In this document: piece after piece, positions 39,575-48,784 of the stretch
Layout of the letters: each line of letters opens with the position of its first letter
Position numbering within the stretch: the first letter of the stretch is position 1
IMG/VR virus record: IMGVR_UViG_3300027917_004314
From: a virus
Taxonomy: Duplodnaviria > Caudoviricetes
Length of the DNA: 64,000 bases
Reading direction: 5' to 3' (one strand)
Made by a program: the position numbers and the translations under genes
The notes under the pieces: generated by a model
The model's input: only the letters and a program-made list of their open reading frames with translations
What the model was told of the DNA's origin: nothing
The model's database searches: none

Positions 39575-41160
39575 GATTATCTAAACGAGACTTCTACCTC
39601 TCAAAACGAGCGGCAGACAACATGGATCTAACTCAAATACTACCTAAACAAATATTCGGCGGAATGGGTGGAGCTGGAGCAGCAATCCCCTGGACAATAC
39701 TACAATATACGCCAAAATCAATAGCAGCTTATCTAAATACTACACAACCATCAAACTCGCCAATAACAGAAACCAGAAAAATATTCTTTAAAACAGAATT
39801 ATATCAAAATGCCTTCATAGTTGTCATCTCATGGCCTCCAAAATATAAAATAGATACAAACCTGGAAGTAAAGTACAAAATAGAAGACAATGATGAAGAT
39901 TACTCAGATTTTCTAGAGGAATACCAAGACGAAGTACTATATGTGTCCCAAACAGTTACAAAAGAAGAACTAATGGCCCTAAAAGATGAAATAGCATATA
40001 TATTGGGACAACTTAATCATCAACTAAATCAAGAACTTGAGGAGTTTCAGCCACCAAGCGTTGTTGAAAGAATTTTCCCCAGAAGCTTGTTTTCAGGATG
40101 GGATTTCCTGGAATTACATGAAGATGAAGGGTTTACAACTATACACGCCGAAGCATTTTTCAATAGCATTAAAAGTATTGATGTTAGCTTGGTCATACAA
40201 GAAAAATTGAACGACGAAATAGGTTTCTATATTCACCATAAAAACGATTCCGTAGAATACGATATCTCATTAGATGATGAAAACAAACTAAACGAGCTAA
40301 AACAATGGATTAAAGAAATAGGAGAAGAAAACCAACGAAGCAAAGTGGCTCCCATTACACACCTCTCAAAACGAGCACAACAAGATGTTAACCTTTTTCA
40401 AATATTTCCTAAAGATAAGTTCCCTAATTGGATAGAATCTCGGATCTCTAAGCCAGATAATCTCTATAGACAACTGCCCTTGCCACCAGGAATAAATGAC
40501 GCCGGATTCCGAGCTGAACTAATACCAGACCCAACAAAAGATATCCATGATTACGATATCTTCCAAGAAGGTATGTACGAAGAAGAATACCAAGAAGCAA
40601 TGAATACCTTTAAACCACCAAAAACACACGCGGAAGTGTCCCTGTACTACGACCCAACCATTAGTTCGTACGAAGAAAAAGATTTCATAAAAATTACAAA
40701 ACCAGAAGAAAATTGGGAAAGTAAATGGAAAGAATTCAAAGAAATCGTAACTATAGAAGAATTACCAGCACTGGCTAACAAAATTATGCCACTAATAGAA
40801 CACCTGTCAGAAATATACTACACCATGCAAGATAAATTCGAAGAATCCCTTCCAGTAGATTCGCCATACAGAATATTGCCTCCGCAAATATTCCCAGGAT
40901 GGAAAACACACATAACACCAAATGAAAAAATGCTCGTCGCCGGCATGGAAACTAAAAAACGATTCCAAATCATCCAAACAAGATTGACTATAGAAAATGA
41001 CCAAGCAACACTAGAACTACTCTGGCCTGAAGAATTCCTCCATAGAGCAGGACTCAAACAAACAAAAATAACCGCGCCAATAAATAATATCCCAAACCTA
41101 CAACGTATAGTAGATACTATCAAATTTATAGGACAACAAAAATTGAAAGGAAATATATAA
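39571..41160 (+). CDS. repeat-domain protein with SKRA motifs (putative internal head protein)
   Basis: Four (I/L)(L/F)PxxxF units; SKRD plus two SKRA. Confidence 0.78.
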   Translation: MRLSKRDFYLSKRAADNMDLTQILPKQIFGGMGGAGAAIPWTILQYTPKSIAAYLNTTQPSNSPITETRKIFFKTELYQNAFIVVISWPPKYKIDTNLEVKYKIEDNDEDYSDFLEEYQDEVLYVSQTVTKEELMALKDEIAYILGQLNHQLNQELEEFQPPSVVERIFPRSLFSGWDFLELHEDEGFTTIHAEAFFNSIKSIDVSLVIQEKLNDEIGFYIHHKNDSVEYDISLDDENKLNELKQWIKEIGEENQRSKVAPITHLSKRAQQDVNLFQIFPKDKFPNWIESRISKPDNLYRQLPLPPGINDAGFRAELIPDPTKDIHDYDIFQEGMYEEEYQEAMNTFKPPKTHAEVSLYYDPTISSYEEKDFIKITKPEENWESKWKEFKEIVTIEELPALANKIMPLIEHLSEIYYTMQDKFEESLPVDSPYRILPPQIFPGWKTHITPNEKMLVAGMETKKRFQIIQTRLTIENDQATLELLWPEEFLHRAGLKQTKITAPINNIPNLQRIVDTIKFIGQQKLKGNI

Positions 41161-41450
41161 TGCAAAAACTCTACCCAATCCAATCAACCTTTAATTGGCC
41201 AAATGAATATAAAATCTATGAATCTATCACCACAAAACAAGATATATTAAACGTACTGCCAAAACATGATGTGACGCATGGAGTTAAAACCCTCTATCGT
41301 GAAAAACCGAAAAAATATTACCCCACAGTAAGATCTATGCAAAAAGCTGTACACATCCCGCGACTGCCAAAAAAAGAGCTAGAGAAAATAATAGCCAAAG
41401 TTAGAAAGAAATATCCACAACAATTAACCCTCCCAGGCTATAAAATATAA
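41160..41450 (+). CDS. hypothetical protein carrying part of the same repeat (NWPNEY...ITTKQDILNVLP)
   Basis: The translation reads on the + strand (ATG 41160, TAA 41450), although the supplied track labels it minus. Confidence 0.65.
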   Translation: MQKLYPIQSTFNWPNEYKIYESITTKQDILNVLPKHDVTHGVKTLYREKPKKYYPTVRSMQKAVHIPRLPKKELEKIIAKVRKKYPQQLTLPGYKI

Positions 41451-41820
41451 TCAGATTTATCTGACCCAAACGTACTAATATCATTACACTTTTTAAGCCT
41501 AAATACCCCCTCTGCAACTAACCAATATCATTAAAGAAATATACATACAAATATTATACAAGAACCCACCACAAAGGTATCCATAAATATCCAAATAAAG
41601 AGCATATAAAAAAGACATTACATACACACATAAGAGTAATATATACTACCACTACTCCCATTATCACTTACTTATACTAACTATAAGAATAAAATACTAC
41701 AACATTACCCTAAAATAACTCATGATGTGAAATAACATTACCCAAAATAGCTCTATAATATGAAACTCTATACAAAATTCCCTTTTCGGGGGGGGCCGTG
41801 CGCGGTGGGGACACTGTGCT
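41451..41820. other. AT-rich non-coding region and abrupt GC-skew/GC-content junction (candidate origin or genome end)
   Basis: 41641-41700 has 1 G and 15 C; G8 run at 41788-41795; short direct repeats AACATTACCC(T)AAAATA and AATATCATTA. Confidence 0.55.
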
Positions 41821-42054
41821 TTTATGGCACCCGTGAAGAATTTGCAACAAGTGTGAAATTAATTCACTAAACTTAACGTTGCGAAATCATTAAACTTCCA
41901 AGAACGTGAAGCTTTTCCGCTTTCAGGGGTTGAAGGCATCGCTCTGTCTGCGACGGGCGGTGGTTTCCTATGGCAAGGATCGTGCCATCCTTGACCATAG
42001 TATGGGCTTGTTGTGTCTCCTTCTGGATACTAACATCCAACAAGGAGAATCGCA

Positions 42055-42462
42055 ATGGCGAGCAACAACGAGAACGGCGAGAAGAGGGTCCCCGTCATGA
42101 TCAACGCGACGGTGGCACTCGAGGGGTCGAAGGCTTTCTTCGCGGGGATGGATACCCTCCCCAAGGACTTCGAACAGTTGGACGAGAAGGGCCAGGAGCG
42201 GGCGTTGACCGAGGCCGACAAGGTCGGCCAGAAGAGGAAGGCCGCGACCCAGAAGAAGATGGACGAGTTGGAGGCGAAGGGCCAGCAGTTCGTGCTGACC
42301 ATCAACATCAACGGCCAGCTCGTCAGCGGCGCCGTCGACTGGAATTCGGAGAAGACCGGTCTCCGGGCCAGGATCAACCTCGGCCGCACGACCGCCAAGC
42401 AGGCGGTGGCCAAGGCGACCGCCAAGAAGAACAACAACCTCCGCACCTTCCTGGGTCTCTAG
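42055..42462 (+). CDS. hypothetical early protein with strongly GC3-rich codon usage
   Basis: AAGGAGA RBS; nearly all codons end in G/C. Confidence 0.8.
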   Translation: MASNNENGEKRVPVMINATVALEGSKAFFAGMDTLPKDFEQLDEKGQERALTEADKVGQKRKAATQKKMDELEAKGQQFVLTININGQLVSGAVDWNSEKTGLRARINLGRTTAKQAVAKATAKKNNNLRTFLGL

Positions 42463-42680
42463 AGACCCATCACCCACAGGAGGAGCACGCAAGACCATCC
42501 GGTACAAGGGACATGGACGCTGGGCGTCCCATATACATCCGTGTATGTGGTGCTGTGTTCGATACCAGGTGTCCCTCTAATGCTGTGTCTTTATACGCAT
42601 TTGCGTAAATGACGCAGTGGGTCTAACAAGGTTTTGCTCCTAGAGAAGTTGGGAGGAGGAGTCGTGGGCTTTGCCCACAT

Positions 42681-42784
42681 GGACGTATAGCTCAATGGTA
42701 GAGCACTCGTGGGACCTATGTGTGATCGATTACACATAGGTTTTCTCCAGGAGGATATAGGTTCGATTCCTATTGCGTTCGCCG
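42681..42784 (+). ncRNA. tRNA-like RNA with anticodon arm extended into a long hairpin
   Basis: Acceptor GGACGTA/TGCGTTC; D arm GCTC-AATGGTA-GAGC; T arm ATAGG-TTCGATT-CCTAT; 13-bp inner hairpin 42714-42741. Confidence 0.7.
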
Positions 42785-43054
42785 CTAGAGGCGTAATAGG
42801 CAAAAGCCTCTAGTTTCAATGGGTTTGAGCGAAAGGAGGGTTGTTGGAGATCGCAATGACTCTCCCCGTCTGTATCTCAGGGACGGGGAGTCGCATATAA
42901 CTGGGTGGGTACTTATGTTCTTGTGTACCCGTAAGTGCCTGTAATAGTAGGGTTCTGCGTGAAACTTGTGTTGTGATGACATGGGGATTAGCGTGGAGAC
43001 ATGCTATTGGGATTTTCCCCCAGACGGCTTACGAAGGTCGCGCAACAAGAACGT

Positions 43055-43170
43055 GGTATAGATCTCGGCTAGGTGGTTGACCTTAGCAGGTTGATCAAAC
43101 TCGCAGGACAGAGATCTGGATTGGTTTGGGCCACCGATCTTTGTGGGTTCGACTCCCACATGTACCGCCA
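43055..43170 (+). ncRNA. tRNA-like RNA, 116 nt, non-canonical interior
   Basis: GGTATA/TGTACC, then GCCA; T arm GTGGG-TTCGACT-CCCAC. Confidence 0.5.
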
Positions 43171-43549
43171 AGCTCTCGTGTGTTGTGTATCCATGATACA
43201 CACCTGGATGGTGAAAGCCAAGGTGAATACACGAGAACTTTTTAGCCGCCCTATGGCTTGAGATGAAGGGCGGAAGAATGCAAAGCCGCACACGTACACA
43301 TATAGGCGGTACGCATCTTCTTAGCCCTAAATCAACAGAGTACTGCGTGGCTAAATGTCTTGGAGCGTCAGGCTGTAGAGGATCTTGGCCAAGTACGTAC
43401 CTCTGATCCTTACAGTGGAAGAACTTATCTAAGCTTGGTACACTTAGGTGAAAAGAGCTATGCTGACGTATGTGAAGGTAGGCGGGGACCTTTACCTTGG
43501 CCCTACAAGAGCGGCTAAATAATGCATGTTTCTAATGCTTTAAACATCT

Positions 43550-43623
43550 TGCCCCATAGCTCAACGGTAGAGCAAGCGGCTTATAACCGTTAGATCCAGG
43601 TTCAACTCCTGGTGGGGCGACCA
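43550..43623 (+). tRNA. tRNA-Ile (anticodon TAT)
   Basis: Full cloverleaf, loop CT-TAT-AA, encoded CCA. Confidence 0.9.
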
Positions 43624-43625
43624 AT

Positions 43626-43702
43626 GGATCCTTAGCTCAGTTGGTTAGAGCTGCCGGCTCATAACCGGTCGGTCGCTGGTTCGAATCCAGCAGGGTCCAC
43701 CA
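43626..43702 (+). tRNA. tRNA with CAT anticodon, probably Ile2 (lysidine); elongator Met not excluded
   Basis: Cloverleaf, loop CT-CAT-AA, encoded CCA; body resembles bacterial Ile2 tRNAs. Confidence 0.88.
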
Positions 43703-43711
43703 AACACCAAT

Positions 43712-43787
<76 letters not shown>

Positions 43788-44067
43788 AATATGATCCAGC
43801 GCCATTGGCGCTCATCACCATGAAAGATCTACCATATATACATACACTTATGTGTGTGATCCTAGATCCGAAGCGAGGGTGGGTGCCGTAAACCTGTGAA
43901 TTTAAAGCGTTATATGAGGGCACCGGGGGGGCTCTCGTGCTATACGTAAAAATTCCCAAAATGGCGTATAAGTTCTTGGGAATACTGGTGTTATGGCTCT
44001 TAAGCCTATTATCTCCTTCCCCGATGAATAGGGGATTCGGCCCAAGAGGGCCGTAAAAGGAGATAGC

Positions 44068-44304
44068 ATGATTAAGACGGCAAAGGAACTGAGAGACTCG
44101 GGTCTCGGCACGGCTGAGGTCCGAAGCAACCTGGACGCTTCTGGCTGGACCCTTCTGCATACAGAAGTCGTCAGGTACTGTCACGACGATGGTAGCCCTG
44201 TGGGCTACCAGTGGTGGCGGAACCCGTCCGCCGAGATCGTACACACGCGTCTAACGTGTGTGGGAGTAATCGCAGCCTCGGCAGTGGCCGTGCTGCAGTT
44301 GTAG
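44068..44304 (+). CDS. hypothetical protein
   Basis: AAGGAG RBS. Confidence 0.65.
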   Translation: MIKTAKELRDSGLGTAEVRSNLDASGWTLLHTEVVRYCHDDGSPVGYQWWRNPSAEIVHTRLTCVGVIAASAVAVLQL

Positions 44305-44384
44305 CAACTAGAAGCCGAACAGCAGGTAACACCTGGTAAGGAAGAGAGCTGTCTAGCACTGCCAGGGGCTTCTATGAAGAGTTG

Positions 44385-44486
44385 CAATACATTTCCTTGC
44401 AACTTAGGGAAACTCCTACATAAACATGGTGGTAGGGGCTCAGCCCAGGGCGTTAGCCAAGCCTTAAGTTGTAGGGAAATGTGTTG
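44385..44486 (+). ncRNA. long G-U-containing hairpin RNA element
   Basis: About 24-bp stem 44385-44408/44462-44486; mismatches at DNA level are G-U pairs on the + strand. Confidence 0.55.
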
Positions 44487-45127
44487 TAGAGTTTTAAGAT
44501 CCCGATTTTGTTCTGGAAAAAATTTTTCTGGAACAGGCGTATAACTTTTTGTTATGTAGTACGGAAGAGAGACGATGGATTAGGTTGGTGCTCAAGTGTC
44601 CAGAGTGTGGGCATCACCTTTGTTAGTTTTAGCTTATGGGCTGAGGTGTTACAAGGACCTACTGGTCCTCCATCTCTCATGGACCCCTGCGTGAACGGGC
44701 ACGTAGGGAGAGATGTAAAGGCTCCATGTAGTCTGTATAGGATAGGTGGGAGGCTCCTGCCGAGCTTGGAATACCACCCTGACTTATTGGGGCGAGGAGC
44801 GAGGCTAATAGGAGACTTGGCACCTCAACTCATAAGTGTAATACAACTCCAACAATCTGAGGGCGTTGGCGTAGTTAGGCATGCCATGTTGACGCGCTTG
44901 GTCTTTCCTACCTCGGGCAACCAAGGAGACTTGGGCAACAACGAAGTAGATGTGGCCATGGTGATACGTGTCCATGGTTTAGGGGAATTGTGAGACCTCG
45001 CAAACCTACACAGCGTTCCCGGTCCTCATTGTCTTGCTCCCATTTGAGCGGGGATGAGGGTGAGAAAGAGAGGCTGAGTTATAGATCTTCTTTGCTTGGG
45101 AATCCGGAACTCAAGCAAGGAGGAGCA

Positions 45128-45691
45128 ATGGAGATTCGACGTATGTGGACCATGATCGCTACGATCTGTTGTCTTTCTAAGCGTGGCGATAAGTGGGTTG
45201 CCAAGGTATCGGAAGGGAGCAAGGTAATCCTCTTGGACAAAAGCTCTCGTCATTCTGTCGAGCCGGGCATGAAGGTGCCTGTGGACATCGCCAAGGAGAT
45301 CGAGAGTTGCATGTTCGGTCGCATCGAGACCGGCATCTTCATCAACGGTCGCGGGGTCTGGCTTCCCCTCGATATCGAATTCGAGAATGACAGAGCGGTC
45401 CTAGAGGCTGCCAAGGTCATCAAGAAGAAGTGGGACGAAGACGCCGAGAAGCACAAGGCGGAAGCGGCGAAGTATGCTGCTGAGCAGGCCGAACGAAAGC
45501 TAGTGGTCGAAAGACTGCTGGACTTGGCGACTCGAAAGCCTGCTGGCAATTACATGAGTCGCATTCAGAAGAGGGACAAGGCTCCCTTGACTTCTGAGGA
45601 GAAGGAGACGATCCGAGCGTATTTCCAGCTGCCGCCGTGGGGAGTGACCGATCGCGGCGAATTCATCGTCACGGACTCTTGCACTGACTAG
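45128..45691 (+). CDS. hypothetical protein
   Basis: AAGGAGGAG RBS, ATG 45128. Confidence 0.75.
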   Translation: MEIRRMWTMIATICCLSKRGDKWVAKVSEGSKVILLDKSSRHSVEPGMKVPVDIAKEIESCMFGRIETGIFINGRGVWLPLDIEFENDRAVLEAAKVIKKKWDEDAEKHKAEAAKYAAEQAERKLVVERLLDLATRKPAGNYMSRIQKRDKAPLTSEEKETIRAYFQLPPWGVTDRGEFIVTDSCTD

Positions 45692-45698
45692 AGTTCAA

Positions 45699-45774
45699 GA
45701 AACCTAACCTGCTCTGGGCAGGCTCCATGATAAGGACATGGAGGAAAGCGGTTCGAATCCGCTAGGTTTCGCCA
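45699..45774 (+). ncRNA. anticodon-less tRNA-like element, GRRACCT/AGGTTTC family, copy 1
   Basis: GAAACCT/AGGTTTC-G-CCA; CCTGC-TCTGG-GCAGG; 7-bp middle stem; AGCGG-TTCGAAT-CCGCT. Confidence 0.8.
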
Positions 45775-45790
45775 TCAACAAGGAGGAGGC

Positions 45791-46003
45791 ATGGAGGTCG
45801 AGCGTTTCAAGTGCCCAGGGTGTGGGGCACTAAACGCTCCTGAGATGCAATTGGAAAAGCATCGCGGGAGATTGGGCTTTTTGTTGTACCGCAAAGAGCC
45901 CGGTCGTGATGGGTTATACGGTGATGAGGACTGCGCTTTTGTGGCGTGGTGCGATAAGTGCCAGGCGACTCATCATGACGGGCGTTACTCTGCGCCGAAG
46001 TAA
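45791..46003 (+). CDS. zinc-ribbon protein
   Basis: GGAGG RBS; CPGC...CDKC. Confidence 0.7.
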   Translation: MEVERFKCPGCGALNAPEMQLEKHRGRLGFLLYRKEPGRDGLYGDEDCAFVAWCDKCQATHHDGRYSAPK

Positions 46004-46020
46004 CAACTAAGGAGGAGGTG

Positions 46021-46140
46021 GTGTACCACGTTTACATCGTATATTGCATCTTGGTATGGATGGAGTACACGATCACATCCATCATTCCTGGCGGTAGGAC
46101 TTTGGCGATCATCGATGCAATCTTCAAGAAACTTCTGTAG
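46021..46140 (+). CDS. small hydrophobic peptide (39 aa)
   Basis: AGGAGGAGG RBS, GTG start. Confidence 0.5.
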   Translation: MYHVYIVYCILVWMEYTITSIIPGGRTLAIIDAIFKKLL

Positions 46141-46153
46141 CCCGGATTTCAAC

Positions 46154-46231
46154 GAGACCTAGCCCATATGTTGGTGGGGACCGGCGATCTTTGATCGCGG
46201 TTGTGGTGGTTCGACTCCATCAGGTTTCGCT
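46154..46231 (+). ncRNA. anticodon-less tRNA-like element, family copy 2
   Basis: GAGACCT/AGGTTTC; middle stem with TTT loop; GGTGG-TTCGACT-CCATC. Confidence 0.75.
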
Positions 46232-46248
46232 GCCGAAAGGAGACGGTA

Positions 46249-46359
46249 ATGGAGTGTCCAGTGTGCAAAGGTAAGGGAGAAGTCTACAGCGCACTCCATG
46301 GTAAGAAGACGTGTCCTTGCTGCTTTGGGCGCGGGCATGTGAAGAAGCGTAACAGATAA
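46249..46359 (+). CDS. DnaJ-type zinc-finger microprotein (36 aa)
   Basis: CPVCKGKG...CPCCFGRG; AAGGAG RBS. Confidence 0.65.
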   Translation: MECPVCKGKGEVYSALHGKKTCPCCFGRGHVKKRNR

Positions 46360-46373
46360 AAGGAGGTATCCGT

Positions 46374-46580
46374 ATGGACAGACTAATCCGGTCTCTCGGA
46401 TGGCAACTTGGAAAGAAGTTGCCACAGGGACCCTTGTGGTCCGAAGAGCCTCACCAGGAGGACTTGGGAAGGCTCCGCGACCTGCTTGGCCGCGAGCCGA
46501 CCCTTGATGAGGCGGAGACCTTTTCCTGGGAGTTCAGGCTTTCCAGGAGAAGGCAGCAGGCGACGGCGTACCGGGGGTAG
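46374..46580 (+). CDS. hypothetical protein
   Basis: AGGAGG RBS. Confidence 0.65.
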   Translation: MDRLIRSLGWQLGKKLPQGPLWSEEPHQEDLGRLRDLLGREPTLDEAETFSWEFRLSRRRQQATAYRG

Positions 46581-46937
46581 AGTACAGCGACCGGCTAGCA
46601 TGGTGGTCTTGGGACCAAGCTGGTCGCGCCGGGTGCAGCAAATCAATCTGCCTTTAAAACAGGCTTCCACGCGCAAAATTGTGAGATCGCGCACAGTGTG
46701 GAAGTGCGCTAGAGTTCGGTTGCTGCATGGTAAAGTGGGAGGGTGCTTTACCAATCTATTGGCACCGGCGCGTTAGACTCTGCTCGTCTTTGGACGGCGT
46801 GAGGTGTGCCCTCGAAAGGGGTTTACAAGAGAAGGCTAACGCAGGTGGGATCGCAGGAAGTGGGGCATCTCACCAACTTTTAGTTTTGGGTATAATGTAA
46901 TTCGGCGTGGCAATTTGCGCATACTAGTATGCATTAT

Positions 46938-47014
46938 CGACCCTTAGCGCAGTCCGGTAGCGCAGGCGTCTTATAAGCGTCAGGTCCCGGGTTCGAATCC
47001 CGGAGGGTCGACCA
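46938..47014 (+). tRNA. tRNA-Ile (TAT), second divergent copy
   Basis: CGACCCT/AGGGTCG-A-CCA; loop CT-TAT-AA. Confidence 0.88.
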
Positions 47015-47027
47015 AAAGGAGGACAGG

Positions 47028-47288
47028 ATGAAGTACACTATCTTGCTGATAATTCTTGCCATTCGTTGGGCGGGTCGAGAGGAGGGCTTCGAACTGCCGA
47101 ATCTCATTTCCTATATCCTCACGGATATGCACTACCCTATTTCTCCACCAGAGGTGGGAAAGTTGTTGGGTGAGTTGGAGAGAGACGGGCTGATAGAAGA
47201 GGCTTCTGGGCGGCCGGATCTCACTAGCAAAGGGGATGAGTACCTCTCAGACAAGTTAAAAGAGAGGGCTCTACGTCTACACAGATAA
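47028..47288 (+). CDS. putative winged-helix protein
   Basis: SPPEVGKLLGELERDGLIEE...LTSKGDEYL; GGAGG RBS. Confidence 0.6.
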   Translation: MKYTILLIILAIRWAGREEGFELPNLISYILTDMHYPISPPEVGKLLGELERDGLIEEASGRPDLTSKGDEYLSDKLKERALRLHR

Positions 47289-47292
47289 AGAT

Positions 47293-47391
47293 GGGCCTGT
47301 AGCTCAATTGGTAGAGGGGAAACATGGGGTGACCGCAATGCCTAGTGGCCCCGCTGGGAGGTTGCCGGTTCGAATCCGGCCAGGTCCACTA
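47293..47391 (+). ncRNA. tRNA-like RNA with irregular extended anticodon arm
   Basis: GGGCCTG/CAGGTCC; GCTC-AATTGGTA-GAGG; GCCGG-TTCGAAT-CCGGC. Confidence 0.7.
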
Positions 47392-47591
47392 CAAAGAAAT
47401 TAACGGTTCCCACACGGATGATCCCTAGATCCTCATCTAACGTGGGTGTGTGTACAAAGGGTGCGCGATACAGGCAGCGTTGTTGGCGCATTGGCAGGCT
47501 CGGAGCTGTCCTGACACTTGCAGGTAGAGATCTTCCATTCTAGGGCTCTGGAAGCTCTACTATTGTTATTTTCCGTATAAGGAAGTGATTC

Positions 47592-47897
47592 ATGTGTAAG
47601 GATGGAACGACCGAGAGTGTCGAGCAGCTAAGGGACGAAGTGGTGAGACTACGTAAGTTGGAGTCTGACACCTGGAACTCTTACAAGAAACTGTGGAATA
47701 CCTACAGCCAGCTCAAAAAACATAACGACGAGGTGTGGGAAGCCTATGAGAAATCGCACCACGCGCATTGCAGTGATTTGGATGAGCTGAGTGAGCTACA
47801 TGCTAAGCAAAGGCGGCAGTGGTTATTTTTTGCGCTGGGTCTCTCAGTGTTCTGGGCCATCATCAACTTGCTAACGATATGGTATTATAGCTGCTAG
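47592..47897 (+). CDS. coiled-coil protein with C-terminal transmembrane helix
   Basis: Heptad-like N-terminus, hydrophobic C-terminus. Confidence 0.65.
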   Translation: MCKDGTTESVEQLRDEVVRLRKLESDTWNSYKKLWNTYSQLKKHNDEVWEAYEKSHHAHCSDLDELSELHAKQRRQWLFFALGLSVFWAIINLLTIWYYSC

Positions 47898-47926
47898 CTT
47901 TTTCACCCGACAACAAGGAGAGCATA

Positions 47927-48205
47927 ATGCTCATCAAAATTCCTAGCAGCAGACGTGGACACAGATGCGACTGCTGTCAGGTCGCAATTGCGACTCTTAA
48001 ACATACTTCTGGCATCTTTGTCCAGTTGGTGTGTGATGGGTGCAAGCAGCGCTATTGGTGGAGGTTTGGGATAGAGGACGTGGTGTCGGAAGACACGGAG
48101 TCCGTGTACCTCCGCAGCCCTGGGCTGCTAGGACTTAACGGAAGGACATACCGTTGCTGCAAGAAGTGCTGCAAGCGGTGGGAGAATTGTAGTTGTAGGA
48201 GGTAG
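47927..48205 (+). CDS. Cys-rich hypothetical protein
   Basis: AAGGAG RBS; several CxxC. Confidence 0.65.
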   Translation: MLIKIPSSRRGHRCDCCQVAIATLKHTSGIFVQLVCDGCKQRYWWRFGIEDVVSEDTESVYLRSPGLLGLNGRTYRCCKKCCKRWENCSCRR

Positions 48206-48206
48206 C

Positions 48207-48467
48207 GTGCGAGAGATACCGGAAAAACTTTGGACTACGTCCGACTGTTTAACATGTCGACACATAGGACGTTGGCCAGATGGGAACGTTGAAGTGCCAA
48301 GGATCTACGTCTACGCGGGCTGGATACGATGTGGTAGGTGGCGCAGTCCTGGACGCTGGGCATATCCAAACTCGCATGATGTGAAGTGGAACAGCGGGCC
48401 ATGCGGGGACTATGAGCGTTCTAGATGGGCCGCTTTTAGAAAGTGGCTTAAAACGATACTTAAGTAG
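48207..48467 (+). CDS. hypothetical protein
   Basis: GGAGG RBS, GTG start. Confidence 0.6.
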   Translation: MREIPEKLWTTSDCLTCRHIGRWPDGNVEVPRIYVYAGWIRCGRWRSPGRWAYPNSHDVKWNSGPCGDYERSRWAAFRKWLKTILK

Positions 48468-48473
48468 CAGTAT

Positions 48474-48548
48474 GGCCCTGTGGTCCAGCGGTCAGGACAT
48501 CGGTCTTTCACGCCGATAACCCGAGTTCGACTCTCGGCAGGGTCACTA
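48474..48548 (+). tRNA. tRNA-Glu (TTC)
   Basis: GGCCCTG/CAGGGTC; loop CT-TTC-AC; no encoded CCA. Confidence 0.9.
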
Positions 48549-48565
48549 AGGAAAGGAGGTACATC

Positions 48566-48784
48566 ATGTTTGACAGAGTGGATCTGCACGTGATGCATCC
48601 CGATGGAATGATGGAGCGAGTGGTTGTGCTTCATCAGGAGGCCGATTTCTTTGGTTTGGTGGCCAGGGAAATCGCCTTGCAAAAGAGGCGCGGTTGTGTC
48701 GTCAGGGGAGTTTCGACGGAGCAACATGCGCTCATCCCGCCGATGCTCATGCCGGGAAGACTTCCGGTTGGAGCCTTGAGATGA
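48566..48784 (+). CDS. hypothetical protein
   Basis: AGGAGG RBS. Confidence 0.65.
   Translation: MFDRVDLHVMHPDGMMERVVVLHQEADFFGLVAREIALQKRRGCVVRGVSTEQHALIPPMLMPGRLPVGALR

Noticed and set aside
41160-41450. ORF track labels this ORF as minus strand
   Set aside because: The listed protein translates from the + strand (ATG CAA AAA CTC...), so I annotated it as +
43055-43170. Possible tRNA-Sec (long, ends GCCA, contains TCA)
   Set aside because: TCA is not in a CT-TCA-AA loop on a proper stem, and arm lengths do not fit selC; kept only as tRNA-like
44508-44993. 161-aa TTG-start ORF
   Set aside because: No RBS, overlaps hairpin-rich sequence, and has unconvincing composition
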